64,000 nt of DNA from Macrostomum lignano (lineage: Eukaryota): contig NIVC01001569.1 in the NCBI GenBank assembly GCA_002269645.1, positions 186,001 to 250,000 of the forward strand, written 5' to 3'. Both the position numbers and the translations under genes were made by a program. Positions 1 through 11,239 of the stretch are shown piece by piece. Within the stretch, counting starts at the first letter, position 1. Every line of letters begins with the position of its first letter. The notes beneath the pieces were generated by a model. It saw only the letters and a program-made list of their open reading frames with translations. It ran no database searches and was not told the origin of the DNA.

Positions 1-200
1 TGTCTCACCTGTCATTCCAGTGTCTCACCTGTTATTCCAGTGTCTCACCTGGCATTCCAGTGTCTCACCTATCATTCCAGTGTCTCACCTGTCATTCCAG
101 TGTCTCAACTGGCATTCCAGTGTCTCATCTATCATTCCAGTGTCTCACCTGTCATTCCAGTGTCTCACCTATCATTCCAGTGTCTCACCTTGAACTCCAT
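1..200. repeat. 20-bp tandem repeat (tgtctcacctgtcattccag), intronic upstream of the DEG/ENaC exon
   Basis: About 10 copies visible. Confidence 0.95.
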
Positions 201-446
201 TGTCTCGCTGACTCAGGTGAAATGTGTCATAACCAGAGCTGACCTCAATTCTGCCCAGTCCGCTGACCCCTGAGCACACACAAGCGCGCCAATGATGTAC
301 GCAGGCACGCGCTCACACAGGGTGCACACTGGTCCTGACTTTCTAATCGTCAGGCTTGCACACTCTCTGCGCCTTCGGGGTTGGCTCTCATGGCTGTGAA
401 TCGCACTACAAATTTTCTTGGCCTCCGCAACCCACCCGCTGTTCAG

Positions 447-2595
447 ACGAGCGTCAGGTCAGCCGGCCGGACACTGTCAGCGGGCTGATCCTGATCCTGT
501 ACGACCCGGCAGCTGACGGCGTGCTCGAGATGTCGCACCGAGTCGGCAAGATGGGCTACAAAACCCGGCCTAGGGAGATGGCATTCGACACCGAGGGCTA
601 CCTGGTGACGCTGCACGCGAAGGGCACCCGGCCGCACCCACTGGAGAACTCGCACACGGTCAGCCTGGGTCACGTGGCCACCGTGGCGCTCGAGCAGCAG
701 AACACCCGGCTGGCCAACACGCCCAGCAACCCGTGCCGCACCCGGGAGAGCCGCCTGACATTCGACTCCGAGCTCGGCAGGACCGTCAACTACACGGACA
801 CGCTGAACGACTGTGCGCAGAGGCAGGCGGCCCAGGCACTGTTAATGCGATGCGGTTGCGTACCCGAAGGTCCCGTCTGGCTGGAGGACTATCCGCCAAG
901 TTTGTCCCATCCGGACTCAATCGCAAATCGAGTGCCCTATTGTCACCTGTTGGTGCGCAATTCCGACTTCAATAAGCCGGGCATGAATTCCAGCTTGGAG
1001 TTGGAGAAATTGAATCAGATTATCCAGCCTACAATACCGTCTAATAGGCATAAGGTAAATTAGTTCGTAACTATAATTAGTTAACCAATCAGAGAATGTT
1101 GTGGAGTAGGAAGCCACCGGGTTAGAGTTGAAGAGGAAAAACTTGCCAACCAATCAGCGAAGAGCATGTACTGACAGTGGGGTTAGAAAAACACCGGGTT
1201 AATGTTAAAGAAGAGAATCTCGCCAGCCAATCAGCGAAGAGTATGTACTGACAGGGGGTTAGAAAAACAGTGGGTCAGAGTTGAAGGGAATAATCTCGCC
1301 AACCAATCAGCGAAGAGTATGTACTGACAGTGGGGTTAGAAAAACACCGGGTTAAGGTTAAAGAAAATAATGTCGCAAGCCAATCAGCGAAGAGCATGTA
1401 CTGACGGTGGGATTAGAAAAACAGCGGGTCAGAGTTGAAGCGGAGAATCTCACCAGCCAATCAGCGAAGAGCAGTGAAGTTAAGATATTACAGGAAAAGA
1501 AAAACTCTTAAAACCAATCAATGAAAGGTAGAATTTTTCCGTTTTGCAACTGTTCCTCCAACTGCAGATCTCCCTGCAGAATCTGAGCGCTGAATTCCCG
1601 GAGATCTACAGCCGCTACGAGGCGTTCCGCTGCTACCACCGGGAGAAGAAGCGCCGCCATCCAACCGAGCCGGACGAAGTGGCGGCCGCCAAGATCGCCT
1701 GTCCGGACGTGTGCGAGTCCGAGGTTTACACGGCCGCCATCACCTCTGGCCTGTGGCCTCACCTAGCCGTGCCTGGTAGCGATGACAGCTTCAAACAGAT
1801 GATAGAGGTGAGCTGTCGGCCGTGAAGTAATGCAGTTTATGGTGGGCCTTCAAGTGGCTCATTTATCATCCAACCAACCCGATCCCAGAGCCCCAAACTA
1901 TCTGTCAACCCCACCGCTCCTCCCAGGTGTCTCGTCTCCTGAGCGACTACCTCGGTCCTGACGCCGCGCAGGACCCTGCCAGCCTGCTCGCCAGCAGCCT
2001 GAGGCTGCGCAATCTGTCACTGGACTTCTGCCACCGGAACCTCACCCAGTGGAAGCTGGACCATCCGCCTCATCGACAGAGCGTCGAAATTCGTCAGGCC
2101 TTGAAGCGCTGCGCCAGACTCCACGAGTTCGTCCGTCGCCACTTCCTCCTGCTGAAGGTGTACCCGCGCTCCCTCACAGTCCGCCTGCTGCAGGTGGAGC
2201 GCAGCTTCCTGCCGCCTCAGCTGCTGTCCCGCATCGGCGGCTCGCTTGGCCTCTGGCTCGGCACTTCCTTGATCAGCCTGTTCGAGTGCGGCGAGATCGG
2301 CGCCACCCTCCTGGCCTACGCGGTGTTCCGCTGCCTGAACGGCGTCACTAAACTGATCCGCGGGAGCGCCGCCTCCGCCCCTGCGTCCGCCTCCGCGTCC
2401 GCCCCCTCGTCCGCTCTAGTTAAGAAGCTGAATTGCGACAGAAATTCCGCCCGAGCCGCCACACGTCATGTTGACAACGATGAAAGAGTCGACAATAGCA
2501 ACGAAGACTCCGAAGAGAACAATAGTCAAGACGAAGTCAGAGGTTTGAGGTTCGAATCCGATATTGAAAGTTTCGGGCCGGAAACGCACGTTTAA
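447..2595 (+). CDS. DEG/ENaC (ASIC/FaNaC-like) channel subunit, 3' partial; exons 447-1054, 1568(or 1580)-1807, 1927-2595
   Basis: GLILIL...VTLH...V..GHVATVAL finger/knuckle pattern, CGCVP and CPDVCESEVY...SGLWP Cys motifs, TM2 LLSRIGGSLGLWLGTSLISLFE. Donors AAG|GTAAAT (1054) and GAG|GTGAGC (1807) and their cag acceptors are all phase 0; stop TAA at 2593-2595. The N-terminus lies upstream of the window. Confidence 0.9.
1085..1475. repeat. 77-bp tandem repeat containing ccaatcagcgaagag
   Basis: ccaatcag recurs at 1150, 1227, 1303, 1380 and 1457. Confidence 0.9.
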
Positions 2596-2789
2596 ACGAT
2601 ATTAACAAAGCAAACAATTGAAATAACAGCATGTTTTTCTTTTGAACTGTGCTTTGCTTTAAGATTATCTTGTTTTGCTTATAACTTTTTTTCTCTTTGA
2701 AACAAAAAAGTTCTACTGGAATACTTTTGTAGGTAAAGTGTACTTTGAAAATTACTAATGAAACTATATTGTGCTGCCAGTGCCCACTC

Positions 2790-3830
2790 CAACTCTCTGA
2801 ATCCCTGTCCATGGAATCTCTTAATCCCTGTCCATGGACTCTCTGAATCCCTGTCCATGGACTCTCTTAATCCCTGTCCATGGACTCTCTGAATTGAATC
2901 CCTGTCCATGGACTCTCTGAATTGAATCCCTGTCAATGGACTCTCTTAATCCCTGTCCATGGACTCTCTGAATTGAATCCCTGTCCATGGACTCTCTGAA
3001 TTGAATCCCTGTCAATGGACTCTCCGAATCTTAATCCATAGACTCTCTGAATCCCTGTCCATGGACTCTCTGAATCCCTGTCAATGGACTCTCTGAATCC
3101 CTGTCAATGGACTCTCTGAATCCCTGTCAATGGACTCTCTGAATCCCTGTCAATGGACACTCTGAATCCCTGTCAATGGACTCTCTGAATCCCTGTCAAT
3201 GGACACTCTGAATCCCTGTCGATGGACTCTCTTAATTCCTGTCCATGGACTCTCTGAATCCCTGTCAATGGACACTCTGAATCCCTGTCCATGGACTCTC
3301 TTAATCCCTGTCCATGGACTCTCTGAATCCCTGTCCATGGACTCTCTTAATCCCTGTCCATGGACTCTCTGAATTGAATCCCTGTCAATGGACTCTCCGA
3401 ATCTTAATCCATAGACTCTCTGAATCCCTGTCCATATACTCTCTGAATCCCTGTCAATGGACTCTCTGAATCCCTGTCAATGGACTCTCTGAATCCCTGT
3501 CAATGGACACTCTGAATCCCTGTCGATGGACTCTCTTAATTCCTGTCCATGGACACTCTGAATCCCTGTCCATGGACTCTCTTAATCCCTGTCAATGGAC
3601 ACTCTGAATCCCTGTCAATGGACTCTCTGAATCCCTGTCAATGGACTCTCTGAATCCCTGTCAATGGACTCTCTGAATCCCTGTCAATGGACACTCTGAA
3701 TCCCTGTCGATGGACTCTCTTAATTCCTGTTCATGGACTCTCTGAATCCCTGTCGATGGACTCTCTGAATCCCTGTTGATGGACTCTCTTAATTCCTGTC
3801 CATGAACTCTCTGAATCTCAACCCATGGTT
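2790..3830. repeat. 20-25 bp minisatellite (gaatccctgtccatggactctct) downstream of the DEG/ENaC stop
   Basis: Direct reading; a variant block recurs at about 3018 and 3391. Confidence 0.95.
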
Positions 3831-4524
3831 GAGACCCTCAAACCCCCTCAAATTTCAATTGAGAGAGTTCATGGACTGAGGTTTTTTATGCCATGGACTC
3901 TTAATGCCCATAGACTCCCTAAATTCATTTCGAATGTCCCTGTTTGTAACTTGCAATGTTGGGCACCAGCCATTTTGATTGTTACAAAATAAACGTATTA
4001 AATTTTGAACTTGAATATGCGAGCATGAATATATGGATTAGGGACTTACGGTGATAACAAAATAGTATGTCTGATGACAATTCAACGTTGCAAAAAATTG
4101 GCTAAAATTTACGACGCAAAAGCACTGTATGTAGCAGTTTTACTTTTTTAAAGTACTCTTTTATAAACAGCTTTACAGTCTTCTAGACCATCGAGCCCCT
4201 TCATGCTGCGCCTGGGCAGTGCACAGCAAACCCAATGGGAAAAAACCAGTCTTAGGGTGGGATTTCGCGCGTGCGGTCGGTGATAAACATTGGGTTGCAA
4301 CTTTTTCAACAGAATCTGTCCTTTAGCAAAGCGTTGCTGGGATACAAAAAATTAGTCGAGAATGGATATGTTACAGACAACCTCCGTTCGAGCTGTCAAG
4401 GCTGAATCACTGCAACCAGCGCTTGCTTTGCGTGTGACTACAAGTGCAGTGAAATTTGTCACCAGTGAAGCCCTGCCTGGGCTTGAAAGGCGTTTTAAAC
4501 GCATCTGCCCTCCCTCCTATCCAT

Positions 4525-5262
4525 TATGTCTGTCTGACTCTCCCACTGACTCTCTGACTCTTTCACTGTCTGTCTGACTCTCCCTCTGTCTGTCTGACTC
4601 TCCCACTGACTCTCTGACTCTTCCACTGTCCTTCTGACCCTCCCTCTGTCTGTCTGACTCTCCCACTGACTGTCTGACTCTTCCACTGACTGTCTGACTC
4701 TTCCACGTCTTATTGACCCTCCCTCTGTCTGTCTGACTCTCCCACTGACTCTCTGACTCTTCCACTGTCCTTCTGACCCTCCCTCTGTCTGTCTGACTCT
4801 CCCACTGACTGTCTGACTCTCCCTCTGTCTGTCTGACTCTCCCACTGACTCTCTGACTCTTTCACTGTCTGTCTGACTCTCCCTCTGTCTGTCTGACTCT
4901 CCCACTGACTCCCTGGCTCTTTCACTCTCCTTCTGACCCTCCCTCTGTCTGTCTGACTCTCCCACTGACTCCCTGACTCTTTCACTCTCCTTCTGACCCT
5001 CCCTCTGTCTGTCTGACTCTCCCACTGACTCCCTGACTCTTTCACTCTCCTTCTGACCCTCCCTCTGTCTGTCTGACTCTCCCACTGACTCCCTGACTCT
5101 TTCACTCTCCTTCTGACCCTCCCTCTGTCTGTCTGACTCTCCCACTGACTCCCTGACTCTTTCACTCTCCTTCTGACCCTCCCTCTGTCTGTCTGACTCT
5201 CCCACTGCCTGTCTGACTCTCCCACTGCCTGTCTGACTCTTCCACTGTCTGTCTGACTCTCA
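4525..5262. repeat. 60-bp composite repeat built from ctgactct units
   Basis: Period of 60 is exact across 4921-5200. Confidence 0.95.
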
Positions 5263-5699
5263 ATAACTCTCAATAAAATGTATCATGCAAGATTTATTTA
5301 ATAGTTACAGTCGCGGTTTGTGTCTGTCCCTCTGCTGCTAACGATCTCTTGATTATTATGAATTTTTCATATTTAGCTAAGAGTATGCTCATAAACGAAT
5401 CCATTTTAAATTCATGGCAATCCAAGCACAACGGTCCTGGAGATATCTGGAAATTCCAATCTTCAAAATTCTCCAAGGATTTGCTGGCTTGTTTCAATCA
5501 TAAGGCCTCCTTGCTTCCTCGCGAGGCCGCTAGATGGATGACAGAGCGATAATGAGGGGGGGGGGTGGGCTTCCGCCGGTCTTTTCTGCACGAATGAAGC
5601 CGCGTCATGCAGACTTAAAATGAATACGCTTGGAGCCCGGCATACACACATTATAGTGCATACTGGCTGTGCCCCTGGGAGCCGCAGAATAGCGAATAA

Positions 5700-7660
5700 A
5701 GGAGCGGAGAGAGGGGAGCATAGAGAGGGGAGCGGAGAGAGGGGAGTGAGGAGCGGAGTGAGAGGAGCATAGAGAGGGGAGCGGAGAGAGGGGAGCGGAG
5801 AGAAGAGAGAGGGGAGCGGAGAGAAGAGAGAGGGGAGCGGAGAGAAGAGAGAGGGGAGCGGAGAGAGGGGAGCATAGAGAGGGGAGCATAGAGAGGGGAG
5901 CGGAGAGAGGGGAGCATAGAGAGGGGAGCGGAGAGAGGGGAGTGAGGAGCGGAGTGAGAGGAGCATAGAGAGGGGAGCGGAGAGAGGGGAGCGGAGAGAA
6001 GAGAGAGGGGAGCGGAGAGAAGAGAGAGGGGAGCGGAGAGAAGAGAGAGGGGAGCGGAGAGAAGAGAGAGGGGAGCGGAGAGAGGGGAGCATAGAGAGGG
6101 GAGCATAGAGAGGGGAGCGGAGAGAGGGGAGCATAGAGAGGGGAGCGGAGAGAGGGGAGTGAGGAGCGGAGTGAGAGGAGCATAGAGAGGGGAGCGGAGA
6201 GAAGAGAGAGGGGAGCGGAGAGAAGAGAGAGGGGAGCGGAGAGAGGGGAGCATAGAGAGGGGAGCATAGAGAGGGGAGCGGAGAGAGGGGAGCATAGAGA
6301 GGGGAGCGGAGAGAGGGGAGCGGAGAGAAGAGAGAGGGGAGCGGAGAGAAGAGAGAGGGGAGCGGAGAGAAGAGAGAGGGGAGCGGAGAGAGGGGAGCAT
6401 AGAGAGGGGAGCATAGAGAGGGGAGCGGAGAGAGGGGAGCGGAGAGAGGGGAGCATAGAGAGGGGAGCATAGAGAGGGTAGCGGAGAGAGGGAGCGGAGA
6501 GAGGGGAGCGGAGAGAGGGTAGCGGAGAGAGGGTAGCGGAGAGAGGGTAGCGGAGAGAGGGTAGCGGAGAGAGGGGAGCATAGAGAGGGGAGCGGAGAGA
6601 GGGGAGCGGAGAGAGGGGAGCGGAGGGGGGGTAGCGGAGAGAAGAGAGAGGGTAGCGGAGAGAGGGGAGCGGAGGGGGGGTGTAGCGGAGAGAAGAGAGA
6701 GGGTAGCGGAGAGAGGGGAGCGGAGAGAGGGGAGCGGAGAGAGGGGAGCATAGAGAGGGGAGCGGAGAGAGGGGAGCGGAGAGAGGGTAGCGGAGAGAGG
6801 GGAGCGGAGAGAGGGGAGCATAGAGAGGGGAGCGGAGAGAGGGGAGCGGAGAGAGGGGAGCATAGAGAGGGGAGCATAGAGAGGGGAGCATAGAGAGGGG
6901 AGCGGAGAGAGGGGAGCGGAGGGGGGGTAGCGGAGAGAAGAGAGAGGGTAGCGGAGAGAGGGGAGCGGAGGGGGGGTAGCGGAGAGAAGAGAGAGGGTAG
7001 CGGAGAGAGGGGAGCGGAGAGAGGGGAGCGGAGAGAGGGGAGCATAGAGAGGGGAGCGGAGAGAGGGGAGCGGAGAGAGGGTAGCGGAGAGAGGGGAGCG
7101 GAGAGAGGGAGCGGAGAGAGGGGAGCATAGAGAGGGGAGCGGAGAGAGGGGAGCGGAGAGAGGGGAGCGGAGAGAGGGTAGCGGAGAGAGGGGAGCGGAG
7201 AGAGGGGAACGGAGAGAGGGGAGCGGAGAGAGGGGAGCGGAAAGAGGGTAGCGGAGAGAGGGAAGCGGAGAGAGGGGAGCGGAGAGAGGGGAGCGGAGAG
7301 AGGGGAGCATAGAGAGGGGAGCGGAGAGAGGGGAGCGGAGAGAGGGGAGCATAGAGAGGGGAGCGGAGAGAGGGAGCGGAGAGAGGGGAGCGGAGAGAGG
7401 GTAGCGGAGAGAGGGGAGCGGAGAGAGGGTAGCGGAGAGAGGGGAGCATAGAGAGGGGAGCGGAGAGAGGGGAGCGGAGAGAGGGGAGCGGAGAGAGGGT
7501 AGCGGAGAGAGGGGAGCGGAGAGAGGGTAGCGGAGAGAGGGGAGCATAGAGAGGGGAGCGGAGAGAGGGGAGCGGAGAGAGGGGAGAGGAGAGAGGGGAG
7601 CATAGAGAGGGGAGCGGAGAGAGGGGAGCATAGAGAGGGGAGCATGGAGAGGGGAGCGGT
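5700..7660. repeat. Polypurine minisatellite, 14/21-bp units (gagcggagagaggg, gagcatagagaggg)
   Basis: Direct reading; explains the 660-750 aa pseudo-ORFs. Confidence 0.95.
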
Positions 7661-8108
7661 GAGAGTAAGTAGGCCCTCCTGTCACAAGTAGAACATTTTC
7701 CCAACAGCACGATCCAGACAGCAATCGTTAAGGCGTTTTTTCACGCACGAGTTGAAAAATCCTGCAGGGATGCAGGAATTGTATGACAACATGGGAAATT
7801 CTCCCTCCAAAGCTCAAGGAGATCCAGATATCAATATACGGCCTCCCAATATCAGTCATTTTCAGGATCGAAGCCAAAGTGGGCGTCAGGAGTCAGGAGC
7901 TATTAAATTATTCGAAAATTCATCTCCGTCAAAGGTTTACCGGTAAAATACTTTTTTTCTTAAAGAAACCCGATCCAGAATGTAAGTCTAAAAGTTCTCC
8001 TTGTCCCGTGAAGATAGCGTGCCGCTTCCTCCATGATTGGCTGATTCAACAGTCACGAAATTGGCTGTAAATAGAAGGCCCCGTGATTGACGCAAGCTGA
8101 AAATCCTC

Positions 8109-8265
<157 letters not shown>

Positions 8266-8899
8266 ACTTCCGTCACTTGAGCCTATTGTGCTCTTGACAT
8301 TGAGCTTGACATGCAAGGCATTCAGTTTGGGGGGATTAACGCAAGTAAAATGATACGTTGGGAGTTTAAAAACTGGAGTGTGGACTGCGTGAGTATCTAT
8401 GAGAGTGCATGAGTGTCTATGAGAGTCCGTGAGTGTCTATGAGAGTGCATGAGTGTCTATGAGAGTGCATGAGTGTCTATGGTGTGAATGAGTGTCTATG
8501 GTGTGAATAAGTGTCTATACTGTATGGTAACCAATACTGTTGAAGTTCTAAAAAAGTGTTTTTTAACTTTTTCAAATTTAGAATCATAGATTATGATTAT
8601 TATGATATGATAGATAGATTAGAATAGATTAGAATATGATTTAGAATATGAATTTATAAACAGATCTTCAGAATCTAAGAAAAGCTCATTTACATACGGC
8701 ATAAAGTTTGTTAGTCCAGATCTGTTTCATGGACTTTTTTGGTGTTTTTGTTATAACTAACACGGCCACAAGCATAGTTAGGAAGCATCATATTAGTTAG
8801 CACAACCAAAATATCAAGCTAATTAAAAAAAATTGCCAGTTGTACTTTTGATTTTAAATTCTTAGAAGAAGATTCCTCCAATTTTCCAGGCCAAGCAAG

Positions 8900-8930
8900 T
8901 AGTAGTAGAAGTACGAGTAGTAGTAGCAGC

Positions 8931-9004
<74 letters not shown>

Positions 9005-9017
9005 CAGTAGTAGTAGT

Positions 9018-9050
<33 letters not shown>

Positions 9051-9093
9051 CTAGTAGTAGTAGTAGTAGCAGTAGTAGTAGTAGTAGTAGTAC

Positions 9094-9153
<60 letters not shown>

Positions 9154-9154
9154 C

Positions 9155-9203
<49 letters not shown>

Positions 9204-9223
9204 CTAGTAGTAGTAGTAGTAGC

Positions 9224-9317
<94 letters not shown>

Positions 9318-9335
9318 ATAGTACTAGTAGTTGTT
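8900..9335. repeat. (TAG)n microsatellite
   Basis: Direct reading. Confidence 0.98.
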
Positions 9336-9744
9336 GTTGTTGTTGTTGTTTTAGGTTAAAAATATATACACTAGAAAAATCCAATTCCTCGAGAGCATAC
9401 GCTAAGTGTATTTGACGATGCTATATGTCGGAACCAGCATCGGAACCACATCACAGCTTCCCATATTGAACCCTGTTGAGAAGTCGAGTCGAGCTAATCA
9501 GCCTTGAATCTGACTGGACTGACGTGGAAGTTTCTGTCAGCAGGATTTCCATTATTAATTATTTGGTTACCCGCTCCCTCAGGTGGGCCAGAGTAAAGTG
9601 AAAACTGAAAACTTATTCATAGGAAAGAAACGAAGCTTATTAGAACTTATATTCGGCCTTCTTTGGATGTCTGCTGACTGATCCGACTATCTCGAGAAGG
9701 ATTGAGCACTTTTCTGAATTAATGGCCACTCTAGCTCCTGAATG

Positions 9745-10215
9745 ATTAGGCACTCTCCTGAATGATTGAGCACTCGCCTGAATGATTGGGCACCCTCCTG
9801 AATGATTTGGAACTCTCCTGAATGATTGGGAACTCTTCTGAATAATTGGGCACTCTCCTGAATGATTGGGCACTCTCCTGAATGATTGGGCACTCTCCTG
9901 AATGATTGGGCACTCTCCTGAATGATTGGACACTCTCCTGAATGATTGGGACTCTCCTGAATGATTGGACACTCTCCTGAATGATGAGGCACACTCCTGA
10001 ATGATTGGACACTCTCCTGAATGATTGGGCACTCTCCTGAATGATTGGACACTCTCCTGAATGATGAGGCACACTCCTGAATGATTGGGCACTCTCCTGA
10101 ATGATGAGGCACTCTCCTGAATGATTGGGCACTCTCCTGAATGATGAGGCACATTCCTGAATGATTGGGCACTCTCCTGAATGATTGGGAACCTCCTGAA
10201 TGATTGGGCACTCTC
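9745..10215. repeat. 20-bp minisatellite (cactctcctgaatgattggg)
   Basis: Direct reading; decays rightwards to about 10520. Confidence 0.95.
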
Positions 10216-11239
10216 CTAACCTATTGTACACTCTCTTGAATGATTGAAGAGTACCCAATCGGTTAGGAGAGTACTCAATCGGTGAAGAGAGCACCCAATC
10301 GGTTAGGAGAGTGTCCAAACAGATTGGGTACTCTCCTCACAGATTGAGTCTTCTCATAACTAAGTGGGCACCCTCCTAACAGATTGGGCACTCTCCTGAA
10401 GAATTAGGCACTCTCTTGACCGATTCGGCACTCTGTTGTACTATTGGGCACTCTTCTAAACCAATTGGGCACTCTATAAACTGATCTGATCTGGCACTCT
10501 TCTAAACCAATTGGGCACTCTATAAGTCACATTACTTCAAAGGAACACTCTCAAATTAGTGTCACTGACTTAAGCCTGACATTGGCTCAACCATATCATC
10601 TCGGAAAAAATACCAACAAAAGATATTTCCAATGCAATAAAAATGGCGGCTCATTGTCCAATTTTCAAGCTTTAAAAATGCCCCCCCCCCAAAAAAAATC
10701 AGATCTGTCCTCGTCAACAAAGCCAAGCCCAAATTCTCACTATTTCCCACGCAGGCAGGAGGTGCGCAGGAGGTGCTTCCCAATCCTACGCGAGCTTGAA
10801 TTGTATTGCTTCTCTAGTTGCTATGACAACCGTAGGAGGTGCAGGGAAGGAATACAGGCATAGAGAGCCAGAGGCAGAACGAGTGCTTGGATGGACGGAT
10901 TAATGGAACAACAGCAATCCCCTTCACCTGCCCGGATCTCGCTGCCCCAGCCCTTTCCAGTCAACATGCGATAATCTGAAAAGAGGCAATCAATTTGACT
11001 CGAGAAGGAACTGCAGACGGAGCCTAGGAGGAGGAGGAGGAGGAGAGAGAGAGAGAGAGAGAGAGAGATCACAAACGGGGATTTTGCGTGCTCACAATGT
11101 ACGTAGTTGTGTTTGACTTGCTTCTCCCAGAGGAGAAAAGGGAAAGCCAGGAAGCTTTTGGGAGCTGGAGCAACTGCAGATTAGCTCGGCATAAAAATTT
11201 TGTAGGCCTGAAAGCCTGAGTTTTTTTAATTTGGTAGTC

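Noticed and set aside
5463-7724. ORFs of 660-750 aa (PLSAPLSPL...)
   Set aside because: Translations of the 14/21-bp polypurine array, open in three frames at once, with no domain or splice context.
10741-10977. Minus-strand segment bounded by a strong acceptor (ttgcctcttttcag) and donor (gtgaga)
   Set aside because: All three frames contain stops and no partner exons could be linked; it may be non-coding or chance.
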